Shown in pieces: positions 19,505-28,081 of a stretch of 64,000 nt of DNA. Under the pieces are notes generated by a model. It did not search any database and was not told where the DNA came from. It was given only the letters and a program-made list of their open reading frames with translations. The stretch comes from Planctomycetota bacterium. GTDB taxonomy: Bacteria > Planctomycetota > UBA1135 > UBA2386. The stretch lies in the NCBI GenBank assembly GCA_965223545.1, contig OZ245006.1, forward strand, positions 6,656,001-6,720,000. The letters run 5' to 3'. Every line of letters starts with the position of its first letter. Position 1 is the first letter of the stretch. Position numbers and translations under genes: made by a program.

Positions 19505-20763
19505 TACAAACCGCGCATCTTGGTGATCTCGGCGACGCGGTCGACGCCGAGCATGTAGGCCGCGATGCGGCTTGGCACCTCGAACCGGTCGGCCATGTTC
19601 ATGACGTCGTGGAACGACTGCACCATGATCGTCTCCATGCGCTGGTCGACTTCTTCTTGCGACCAGAACATGCCCATGCGGTCCTGCACCCACTCGAAGT
19701 AGGACACCGTGACTCCGCCGGCGTTGGCCAGGATGTCGGGGATCACCATCACGCCTTTTTGCTCGAGGATCTTGTCGGCGCCGGCGGTCACCGGGCCGTT
19801 GGCGCCCTCGACGATCATCCGCGCGCGCACGCGGTCGGCGTTCTTGCTGGTGACGACGTTTTCGGTCGCGGCCGGCACCAGGATGTCCACCGGCAGCTCG
19901 AGCAGCTCGGCGTTGGTGACGCGGTCGCCGTTGTCGAAACCATCCAGGCTCTTGTGGCGGTCGAGGTGGGCGACCAACGCCGGCACGTCGAAGCCCTCCA
20001 TGTTGACCACCGCGCCGTGGATGTCCGAGATCGCGACGACGCGCACGCCCATGCCGGCGAGCCGTTTGGCGCTGACCTTACCGACGTTGCCCGCGCCCTG
20101 CACGGCGGCGGTGCAGTCCGTGGGCGCGATCCCCATGCGCTGCAACGCTTCGCGCGTGCAGATCTGCAAGCCGTAGCCGGTGGCCTCGATGCGACCCTGC
20201 GAGCCGCCCAAACCGATCGGTTTGCCGGTGACGATCGCGGTGCAGTTCTGCCGCGCGTGCATGGAATAAGTGTCCATGATCCACGCCATGACCTGACCGT
20301 CGGTGCCCATGTCCGGTGCGGGGATGTCGCGGTCCGGGCCGAGGATGTCGATCAGGCCCGCGACGTAGCGCCGGGTGACGCGCTCGAGCTCGCCGAACGA
20401 CAGCCGGCTGCGATCGACGACCACGCCGCCCTTGCCGCCGCCGAACGGGACGTTGACGACGGCGCACTTCCAAGTCATCCACGCCGCCAGCGCGCGCACC
20501 TCGTCGAGCGTCACGTTCTTGTCGAAGCGCACGCCGCCCTTGGCCGGGCCGCGTGCCAGCGAGTGCTGCACGCGGTAGCCGGTGAACACCTGCAGGGTGC
20601 CGTCGTCCATGTTGACGGGCACGGCGACGGTGAGCTCGCGGTCGGGCGTGCGCAAGATCTCGTACAGCCCCGGGTCGAGCCCGAGCTTGGTCGCCGCCAG
20701 ATCGAAGCGAGCGTGCATCGCCTCGAATGGGTTTTCCTCTCCGAGGACTTGGTTGGGGTTCAT
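19498..20763 (-). CDS. gdhA: Glu/Leu/Phe/Val dehydrogenase (glutamate dehydrogenase)
   Basis: [53 protein letters not shown]. Confidence 0.93.
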   Translation of the reverse strand: MNPNQVLGEENPFEAMHARFDLAATKLGLDPGLYEILRTPDRELTVAVPVNMDDGTLQVFTGYRVQHSLARGPAKGGVRFDKNVTLDEVRALAAWMTWKCAVVNVPFGGGKGGVVVDRSRLSFGELERVTRRYVAGLIDILGPDRDIPAPDMGTDGQVMAWIMDTYSMHARQNCTAIVTGKPIGLGGSQGRIEATGYGLQICTREALQRMGIAPTDCTAAVQGAGNVGKVSAKRLAGMGVRVVAISDIHGAVVNMEGFDVPALVAHLDRHKSLDGFDNGDRVTNAELLELPVDILVPAATENVVTSKNADRVRARMIVEGANGPVTAGADKILEQKGVMVIPDILANAGGVTVSYFEWVQDRMGMFWSQEEVDQRMETIMVQSFHDVMNMADRFEVPSRIAAYMLGVDRVAEITKMRGLYA

Positions 20764-20872
20764 GCGGCGGGGGGCGAGTCGTTAGTGCGCAGCAGCGAAA
20801 TCTACCTCGCCCGATTCCGGGCAACAAGCGAGGGGGGGCGACATTGCCGCTATCCTCGCCGCCCCGACCGCC

Positions 20873-21589
20873 ATGCAACTCGAGTTCGATCCCGGCGCCG
20901 GGGCGCCGCTGCGACGGGCGCTGGGCTACGCCGAAGCGCGCGACGTGATCTGCGACCGGCGCGGCCGGACCGTGCGGTGCACGCCGACGCGACGCACGGT
21001 GCGGCACGCCCTAGCGGCCGGCGCCGTGGTCTACCGCAAGCACTACGGCGACCGCGGCGCGCGCACCGAGTGGGCCAACCTGCTGGCGTTGCGCGCGGCC
21101 GGTTTCGCCGTCGCCGCTCCGGTGTGCGTCGCCGCGACCGGGGGGCGGTCGGCGGTCGTCTTCGAGCGCGTTCCCGGCCGCGCCGCCGACGCGGTGCTCG
21201 CCGCCGGTCCCGGCCAGCGCGGGCGCGTGCGCCGCGCGATCGCCGCCCTCGCTCCGGTGGTCCGGCGCCTACACCGCGAGGGCTGGTGCCACCGCGACCT
21301 CTACCTGGGCCACTGCTTTCTCGACGAGGCCGGTGACAACGTGGTGCTGATCGACGTGCAGCGCATCTTCCAGCCGCGGTGGCGGCGCCGGCGATGGCGG
21401 GTCAAGGACCTCGCCGCGCTGTGGTCGTCGGTGCCCGCCGGGGTGAGCCGCGCCGATGGGCTGCGCTTCTTGAAGCTCTACCTGAATGCGGAGCGCGGCC
21501 GCACGGGGCGGGTGCTCCGCCGCGGCTGGGCGCGCGCGATCACCGCCAAGGCGCGGCGCATCCGCCGCCACCGGCCCAAGTACGGCTGA
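20873..21589 (+). CDS. LPS kinase (Kdo/WaaP/InaA family)
   Basis: EWANL..L...G, LH..GWCHRDLYLGH, LIDVQR, RWRVKDLAAL. Confidence 0.8.
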   Translation: MQLEFDPGAGAPLRRALGYAEARDVICDRRGRTVRCTPTRRTVRHALAAGAVVYRKHYGDRGARTEWANLLALRAAGFAVAAPVCVAATGGRSAVVFERVPGRAADAVLAAGPGQRGRVRRAIAALAPVVRRLHREGWCHRDLYLGHCFLDEAGDNVVLIDVQRIFQPRWRRRRWRVKDLAALWSSVPAGVSRADGLRFLKLYLNAERGRTGRVLRRGWARAITAKARRIRRHRPKYG

Positions 21590-21616
21590 CCGGCAGCAGC
21601 CCACCGGGCAAAAAAG

Positions 21617-21985
21617 CGTCCGGTCCCCGTAAGCCGGGTTCTGATCCCGCCGCGAGGGCGGTGGCGATCATTTCTCGAGGCGCGCCCTCACGGGTGCGCT
21701 CCAACGACCAACCCGAAGGCCTGGGCGCGGGCCACGCGACCTTCCTACACGGTCTTTCTCCGGGTGGGGTTTGCCATGCCGGGGCGGTCGCCCGCCCCGC
21801 GGTGAGCTCTTACCTCGCCATTTCACCCTTACCGTCGCCCCTTGCGGGGCCGGCCGGCGGTGTCGTTTCTGTGGCACTTTCCCTGATCTCGCGATCGGTG
21901 GGCGTTACCCACCACCCTGCCCTGAGGAGCCCGGACTTTCCTCCCGCGGGGCCAGGCCCGCCGGCGATCGCCCGGGGACCGGACG
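21617..21985 (-). ncRNA. rnpB: RNase P RNA (type A)
   Basis: GAGGAAAGTCCGGGCTCC, AGTGCCACAGAAA and AGAACCCGGCTTA conserved blocks; P1 helix CGTCCGGTCCCC/GGGGACCGGACG closes the ends. Confidence 0.97.
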
Positions 21986-22167
21986 GGGGCGGAGCATAGT
22001 GGTCCGCCGGGGTCGGGCGACAAGTCGTCTCGGGAATCGCCCCCCTTGTTGGTGCGCGAGGGTCTGCTACTGTCCGTTGTGGTGGTCGTTCCGCCTGCCC
22101 ATCTCCGAATCGGAACGAGCGCCGCCCTCGAAGCTCGACCCCTGGGACTCGCACCCCTCGCTCGCCC

Positions 22168-22389
22168 GTGCTCAACATCCTTTCCGCGCCGCTGCTCTCG
22201 GTTCTCCTGATCAGCGCCAATCCCGATTTCTTGGAACGAGCCGGCGCCCAGGCGCGCGGCCCGTCCCCATCCGCCTCGCAGGCCGCCGGCGGTGATGGGG
22301 GGGTGCCCAGTCCGGGCCCTCTGCTGGCGGTGGGCGCCGGCTTGGTGCTGCTCGGCATGCACCTGGCGCGCCGCCGCCGCGCGGTCTGA
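22168..22389 (+). CDS. Small protein with a PEP-CTERM-like sorting tail
   Basis: Hydrophobic N-terminus, Ser/Gly/Ala linker, VPSPG + TM helix + RRRR. Confidence 0.6.
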   Translation: MLNILSAPLLSVLLISANPDFLERAGAQARGPSPSASQAAGGDGGVPSPGPLLAVGAGLVLLGMHLARRRRAV

Positions 22390-22398
22390 TCGCCCTCC

Positions 22399-22827
22399 TC
22401 AGCCGTTCTGCTCGGCGAGCCAGCGCTCGAGGATGATCTGCGCCGCGACGCTGTCGACCAGCGCGCCGCGCCGCGCTGCCCGCACGCCGCCCGCCGCCAG
22501 CCGCGCGTGCGCCTCGTCGGTGCTCCACCTCTCGTCGAACGCGCACACCGCGCAGGGAGCCACCGCCCGCAGTCGGCCGGCAAACGCCAGTGTGCGCTGG
22601 GCGCGCTCGCCGCGGCGGCCCTGACCGTCCAGCGGCAGGCCGACGACGATCTGTTGGCAGTCGCGCTCGGCGGCCAGCGCGGCGATCGCGGCGACGCATT
22701 CGGGTTGGCGCAAGCCGACCAACGCGGGCAGCGGCGTGATCACGCGGCCGCCGGTGTCGGTCGCCGCCAGGCCGGTGCGGCGGTCGCCGTAGTCGACGGC
22801 CAGCACCCGCGCCGGGGCGTCGTTCAC
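22399..22827 (-). CDS. ruvX: YqgF/RuvX nuclease
   Basis: LAVDYGDRRTGLA, IVVGLP, DERWST, VDSVAAQIIL; GTGA overlap with manC. Confidence 0.92.
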   Translation of the reverse strand: MNDAPARVLAVDYGDRRTGLAATDTGGRVITPLPALVGLRQPECVAAIAALAAERDCQQIVVGLPLDGQGRRGERAQRTLAFAGRLRAVAPCAVCAFDERWSTDEAHARLAAGGVRAARRGALVDSVAAQIILERWLAEQNG

Positions 22828-23903
22828 AGCAGGTCCTCGTGCCCCTCGTCGCGCAGTCGCCGCACCAGCTGCTTGAGGTCGTCGGTGCGATCCTTGGGGC
22901 AGACCAGGACGGCGTCGCCGACCGACACGACGACCAGGTCGCGCACCCCGAACAGCGCGACCATGCGGGGGCCTTCGCCGTAGATCACGCAATCGGCCGA
23001 GGCTTCGGTCACCGACCGCGTCCCGTCCGCCGTCAGCCGGACGTTGCCGTCGTCGTCGGGCGGGGCCACCGTCCCCAGCGCGTCGAATGAGCCGAGATCG
23101 CTCCATCGGAGGTCGGCCTCGACGACGATCACGCGCGGTGCGCGTTCCATCACCGCGTAGTCGATGCTGTTCTTCGGCGCGGCGCGGAACGCGCGTTCGA
23201 CCGCGGCGGTGTCCCCCGCCGCCGCCGCGCTGCGCATCTGCACCGCGCAGTCGGCGAGCGCGGCGTCGCCGGTGCGCATCGCCTCGAGCAGCACGTCCCA
23301 GGTCCAGACGAAGATGCCGCTGTTCCACGAGAAGCGGCCGCTTTGGACGAACTCCTCGGCGGTCTCGCGGTCGGGCTTCTCGCGAAACCGGTCACAGCGA
23401 AACGCCGGCGGCGTCATGTCGTCGATCGCTGCGCCGCGCTCGACGTAGCCGTAGCCGGTGGCGGCGTGCGTCGGCCGAATGCCGAACGTCACCAGCGCCT
23501 TCTGCGCCTCCGCCAGCGCCGCGCCGCGCCACAGCAGCGCCTTGAACGCGTCGTGGTCGTCGATGACGTGGTCGGCCGGCATGAAGGCGAGCGGGGCGGC
23601 CGGCTCGCGGGCCGCGATGTGCGCGCTCGCCAAGGCGACGCACGCGGCGGTGTCGCGCGCCTCCGGCTCGATCAAGATGCGGTCCTCGCGCAGTGCCGGC
23701 GCGGCGCGGGCGATGGCGGCCGCCTGGGCTGCGTTGGTGATCACCCACGTGCGCTCGATGCCGCACGCGTGCGCGGCGCGCTCGACCGCGGCCTCCACCA
23801 GGGCGCGGCCGTGGGCGAGCGGCAACAGCTGCTTGGGGCGCGCCGCACGGCTCGCCGGCCAGAAGCGCGTGCCGGATCCGCCGGCCATGATGATCGCGTG
23901 CAT
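22824..23903 (-). CDS. manC: Mannose-1-phosphate guanylyltransferase
   Basis: IMAGGSGTRFWP, PKQ, PADH, TGYGY, FREKP, WNSGIF, SIDYAVME, WSDLGS. Confidence 0.93.
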   Translation of the reverse strand: MHAIIMAGGSGTRFWPASRAARPKQLLPLAHGRALVEAAVERAAHACGIERTWVITNAAQAAAIARAAPALREDRILIEPEARDTAACVALASAHIAAREPAAPLAFMPADHVIDDHDAFKALLWRGAALAEAQKALVTFGIRPTHAATGYGYVERGAAIDDMTPPAFRCDRFREKPDRETAEEFVQSGRFSWNSGIFVWTWDVLLEAMRTGDAALADCAVQMRSAAAAGDTAAVERAFRAAPKNSIDYAVMERAPRVIVVEADLRWSDLGSFDALGTVAPPDDDGNVRLTADGTRSVTEASADCVIYGEGPRMVALFGVRDLVVVSVGDAVLVCPKDRTDDLKQLVRRLRDEGHEDLL

Positions 23904-23914
23904 GGGCGTCGGTC

Positions 23915-26900
23915 TCAGAAGTCCTTGGTCTTCGCCGGCGCGGTGTACGCCGGGATCGGGTCGATGCGGCGCCGATCGGGCCGGCCCTGGAACAGCCACC
24001 GCGGCCGCGCCTCCGGCGAGCGCAGATAGCCGAACACCTGGAAGCCGACGACTTGCGAGGTCAGCAGGTTGACCACGCGCGGCAGGATCAACCAGTCCGC
24101 GGTGCCGGCGAACAGGTCGGGAAACTCCAGGTCGATGTCGAGGTAGCCGTCGAACGTCAAGTTGCCGGCGCCGACCACCTTGACCTGGGGCGAGGTCACC
24201 TGCAGATCGTCGATCTGGATGCGTTGGTCGCCGATCGCGTAGCGCAGGCTCGCGCCGTCGAACTGGGGGCGATTGTTCGGGGCCAAGAACGCGTAGATCG
24301 CCGAGAAGATCGGCACCTCGCCGAGGCGGCCGTGGCTGATCTGCAGGTCACCCGTGGCGCGCATGTCGATCAGCTCGGTGCCGACCAGTCGCTCGAGCTG
24401 CAGCCTGCCGGCGAGGGTGCCGCGCGCGACCGGCGCGGCGGCGCCGAGGTCGCCCATCAGGTCGCGCAGCTGCACGCTGTCCCACTCGAGGCTCGCCGAC
24501 AGCGCCTCTTCGTCGAGCTGGTAGACGAGGCTGGGGGTGTCGTCGGTCGGTCCGCGCACCGCTCCGCCGTGCAGGTTGCCGATCAGTCGATGCAGCGCGA
24601 ACTGCGTCGGGGTCGCGCGCAGGCTGGCGCGGAAGCCGCGCAGTGGGTGGCCGAGGAGGTCGAACGACACGTCCTGCAGGTCGGCGTCGACCTGCCCGCC
24701 GGTCGGCATGATCTTGGCGTCGCGCAGCCGGACTGCTCCCGACAGCTGCCGGATCGGCACCACCAGCCGCATCTCGAGGCCGCGCGCCATCACCTCGCCG
24801 TCGAACTCGAGCGTGAAGTCCTCGCCGCCTTCCTCGAATGCGTAGTGCATCGCCAGACCGTCGATGCGCACCGGCCCGCGGATGCGACGGTCGAGGAACG
24901 TCTGCCGCAGCGGCCCGGTGATCAGGTTGGCAAACCGGTCGTCGACGACGAGGTGGTCCGCCGACAGAGTCGTGCGGATGTAGGACTTGCCGTCGGCACT
25001 GCCGAACGCGCCGCCGGTGAACAGCAGCGCCGCGTCGTCGAGCCGGCCGCGGACGTCCTCGAAGGAGCCGCGGCCGTCGGCGAAGTGGACCTCGCCGCGC
25101 AGTGCCGTGATCGGGCCCGGCAGGAACGCGGCGGCGGTTTGCACGTCGCGCAGGGCGATCCGCACCGTGTTCTGGGTCGCCTCGCTGCCGGCCTGCTTGA
25201 CGAAGTGGCTGACCAAGTCGATCGCGCCCGACGGCTGCAGCATGTCCCAGGTCTCGCGGTCGAGCAGGCCGGTCTTGACCAGGGTGTCGGCCAGGGCGGC
25301 GTTGAGCGGCAGATCGCGCAAGACGGTGGTGAGGTCGAGGGCCCGGTCGTCGGGGTCGGAGTCGATGCTGCCCTCGAGCAGAACTCCGGCGGTGGTTCCC
25401 TCGCCGGTGTCGAGCACGCCGCGCAGCATGCGGATGTCGACGTGGTTGTCGTTGCCCGAACCGCGGACGACGGCGGTCCCGTGCAGACTGTCGACGCGGC
25501 GCTCGAAGGTCGGCGCCAGCACCGAGCTGTCGGTGAAGTCGAGCTGCAGCTTGTGCTCGTATGCATCGCTGCCCACCGGCTGCCAGACGGTCACGGCGCA
25601 GCGCACCGTGCCGCGCGGATCGAAGTCTCGCCACAGCGCGCCGAGATCCGGGCTCAACGCGGTCACCGCGTCGTGCAGCGCGTCGTCGAGCGGGATGCGG
25701 TCGCCGGTGACCCAGAGTCGCGAGCGCAGGCCGTCCTCGGCGGAGTGCAGCTGGTAGCTGCCGCCGATATCGACGACGGCGCCGGCGCGCTGGCCGCTGA
25801 GCTCGAACGCGAGGTCGTCGGGGCCGATCTCGATCGAGCCGGTGATGCCCTCGAGGCGGTAGGGAAAGGCGTCGTAGCTGACGCTGCAGCCCAGCGGTTG
25901 CAGGGTGACGTGCACCTCGGTGGGGGCCGTGCCAGAATGGACGTCGATCGCCACCCTCGCGTCGCTGCGCCCTTGCGGCGAAAACCGGTCGTAGATCGCG
26001 GCCCCCTCGCCGCGCAGCACGGTGTCGACGGCGGTGCGCAGTTCGTCCGAGAACGCCAGGCCCGTGCCGTCGATCTCGAGCCGCATCGAGCGTTGGTCGG
26101 GGGCGTCGTCGACTCCTTCGATGGCGCCGTTGATGTGGACCGTGCCGCCATCGGCCCGCTTGCCCTCGAGGTCGGCGATGACGACGCGACTCGGGCGCAG
26201 ATGGATCGAGCCGCGGACGTCGTCGATGGCGAACGGGAAGCCGAGCGGCGCGCTGCCGTCACTCTGCTCGAAGCCGGTGAACGAGCCGCTGACGCCGTGC
26301 AGCACCAGATCCATCGACGGGGCGGGTGGCGCGCCGCCGCTGGCGGCCAGCGACAACACCGCGTCGATCCTTCCGTTGCGCGGCGAGAACGCGTTCCACA
26401 TCCGGCGCACTGGCGCCAGCTCGCCCAGGCTGCGCTGCAGGGTGTCGTCCACCGGGATCTGCTCGGCCTCGACCGACACGTCGAACGCCGGCACGTCGCC
26501 GAGCACGTCGGTGACCGCGCCGCGCACGCGGAGCTTCCCCTGGCCTTGGCGCGCGTGCGCGTCGAAGGTGATCGCGCCGCCACCGGCGGTGGTCGCCCCC
26601 AGCTTCGCCGTGGCACCGTCGATCGGATAGGGAACCTCGGGCGCGGTGATTGCGACGGCGGTGAGGTCGGCGTTCAGCCGTGCCGTCACCGCCGCATCGT
26701 CGCCGGCCTCGGCGGGGTACTGGATCCAGAGCGAGATGCGGTCGGCGTTGGCGGTGAAGCCCGCGCGCCGCAGATACTGCTCGAGGGCGCGGTGGTAGGG
26801 GCGCGCGGTGTCGGCCGAGAGCGGCACGTCGGCGGTTTCCAGCAGTGCGCGGAACTCGGAGCGCGCGAGATCGGCCGTTCCCCGCACGGTGATCTCGAAG

Positions 26901-27469
26901 CCCGCCGCGCTGCTCATCGAGCCGCTGAGCGCCATGCGCTGATCGTCCGCCGCATCGGGCAGCAGCTGCAGCGAGACGGCGTCGAACACGAGCTCGGGGG
27001 AGCCGGGGCGCAGCTGCAGCGATACTCGCGAATTCGTCACCGAGACCGCGGGATAGCCGCCGTCGCCGCCGGTCTCTTCGGGCAGCTGCAGGATGTCGCT
27101 CCAGTCGAGCTCACCGCTCTCGGTCAAGCTCAGCCGCAGGTCGAGGCCCTCGATGTGCACCTGCCGCAGCGTGCCGACCCCGGTGGCGTCGAGTGGGTTG
27201 GTGTTGACGTCGAGCTCGATGTTGCCGGCGCTCAACACCGGGGCCTCGCCGGGGTCGGGGTGGGCGATGCGCACGCCGGTGAGCCGGACGCGGCCGGTGG
27301 TCGGGTCGAGGTCGGCGTCGGCGAGGTCGAATTGGCCGCGGATGAACTTGGCCATGACCTGCTGGACGAACGCGCGGGTCGCGCCCGAGTGCCGCAAGAT
27401 GGCGTAGGTCGTCGTCAGCAGGACGGCGAAGAAGCCGACGAACAGCAGGATGATGGTCTTTCGGGACAC
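23915..27469 (-). CDS. AsmA-like (TamB/YhdP-type) envelope protein
   Basis: 1184 aa; single N-terminal TM, repeated beta-strand-rich segments, AsmA_2-like C-terminus (G.G.LTFDGYLD). Confidence 0.7.
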   Translation of the reverse strand: MSRKTIILLFVGFFAVLLTTTYAILRHSGATRAFVQQVMAKFIRGQFDLADADLDPTTGRVRLTGVRIAHPDPGEAPVLSAGNIELDVNTNPLDATGVGTLRQVHIEGLDLRLSLTESGELDWSDILQLPEETGGDGGYPAVSVTNSRVSLQLRPGSPELVFDAVSLQLLPDAADDQRMALSGSMSSAAGFEITVRGTADLARSEFRALLETADVPLSADTARPYHRALEQYLRRAGFTANADRISLWIQYPAEAGDDAAVTARLNADLTAVAITAPEVPYPIDGATAKLGATTAGGGAITFDAHARQGQGKLRVRGAVTDVLGDVPAFDVSVEAEQIPVDDTLQRSLGELAPVRRMWNAFSPRNGRIDAVLSLAASGGAPPAPSMDLVLHGVSGSFTGFEQSDGSAPLGFPFAIDDVRGSIHLRPSRVVIADLEGKRADGGTVHINGAIEGVDDAPDQRSMRLEIDGTGLAFSDELRTAVDTVLRGEGAAIYDRFSPQGRSDARVAIDVHSGTAPTEVHVTLQPLGCSVSYDAFPYRLEGITGSIEIGPDDLAFELSGQRAGAVVDIGGSYQLHSAEDGLRSRLWVTGDRIPLDDALHDAVTALSPDLGALWRDFDPRGTVRCAVTVWQPVGSDAYEHKLQLDFTDSSVLAPTFERRVDSLHGTAVVRGSGNDNHVDIRMLRGVLDTGEGTTAGVLLEGSIDSDPDDRALDLTTVLRDLPLNAALADTLVKTGLLDRETWDMLQPSGAIDLVSHFVKQAGSEATQNTVRIALRDVQTAAAFLPGPITALRGEVHFADGRGSFEDVRGRLDDAALLFTGGAFGSADGKSYIRTTLSADHLVVDDRFANLITGPLRQTFLDRRIRGPVRIDGLAMHYAFEEGGEDFTLEFDGEVMARGLEMRLVVPIRQLSGAVRLRDAKIMPTGGQVDADLQDVSFDLLGHPLRGFRASLRATPTQFALHRLIGNLHGGAVRGPTDDTPSLVYQLDEEALSASLEWDSVQLRDLMGDLGAAAPVARGTLAGRLQLERLVGTELIDMRATGDLQISHGRLGEVPIFSAIYAFLAPNNRPQFDGASLRYAIGDQRIQIDDLQVTSPQVKVVGAGNLTFDGYLDIDLEFPDLFAGTADWLILPRVVNLLTSQVVGFQVFGYLRSPEARPRWLFQGRPDRRRIDPIPAYTAPAKTKDF

Positions 27470-27620
27470 GGCTCGCTGGGGCGCTGAGTCAGTGGGGGCG
27501 TGGCGCGAGGCGGCGATCAGCGGCCGGTGCGGCCCGCCGGATTTGTCTCTCCAAGCGCGTCGAGATCAGGCTGATTTCGCTCCAGAATGGCGTTTTCGGC
27601 ACGGAAACGGGGGTTTTGCG

Positions 27621-27648
27621 TTGACACAAATGCGCCGCGAGCCAAACT
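27621..27648 (+). promoter_or_regulatory. Candidate sigma70 promoter for the histone gene
   Basis: Perfect TTGACA, 16-nt spacer, weak CAAACT. Confidence 0.35.
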
Positions 27649-27727
27649 CGCCAGCGCTAACGCGAGTGACACGCCGAGGGGGTGTGTCGCCGGCCCTACG
27701 ATCATCCACACAGAAGGATCGAAACCG

Positions 27728-27925
27728 ATGGCAGCCAGAAGAAAAAAGGCGGCGCCGCCAGAGCTCATCATCTCCAAGTCGCGCACCAAAAACGCGGTGA
27801 GGAAGTGCAACGTCTCCGGCGATTTCTACGGAGCTCTGGACGCGGCTGTGCGCAGCCTGATCAAGACGGCCGAGGGCCGCGCGCTCGAGAACAAGCGCAA
27901 GACCCTCAAGCCCTGCGATCTGTAG
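27728..27925 (+). CDS. Bacterial histone-fold protein (DUF1931/face-to-face type) with a basic N-terminal tail
   Basis: MAARRKKAAPPELIISKSRTKNAVRKCNVSGDFYGALDAAVRSLIKTAEGRALENKRKTLKPCDL; RA..N.RKT....DL histone signature; GAAGGA SD. Confidence 0.85.
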   Translation: MAARRKKAAPPELIISKSRTKNAVRKCNVSGDFYGALDAAVRSLIKTAEGRALENKRKTLKPCDL

Positions 27926-28017
27926 AGCGTCCGCTGCCGGCGGGTCGCCTCGGTGGCACGCCAGCCCGCCCTCTTAGGGGGCGGCCCTCTGCCGCGGCGC
28001 GTTCTGCGCGCCGCGTG

Positions 28018-28059
28018 AACACGCGAAGGACTCCCGCCTTCGCGTGTTTTTGTTTGTTT
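28018..28059 (+). terminator. Rho-independent terminator
   Basis: 12-bp stem AACACGCGAAGG/CCTTCGCGTGTT followed by a T-rich tract. Confidence 0.75.
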
Positions 28060-28081
28060 GGGAGCGTGGCGGCGTCGAGCG

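Noticed and set aside
21668..22362. ORFs overlapping rnpB
   Set aside because: Explained by the RNase P RNA gene; no protein features
24053..27487. 1144-aa plus-strand ORF and similar long antisense ORFs (65-1192, 38992-41418, 45272-47437, 50427-53150)
   Set aside because: Antisense shadows of recognisable genes, typical of high-GC3 genomes
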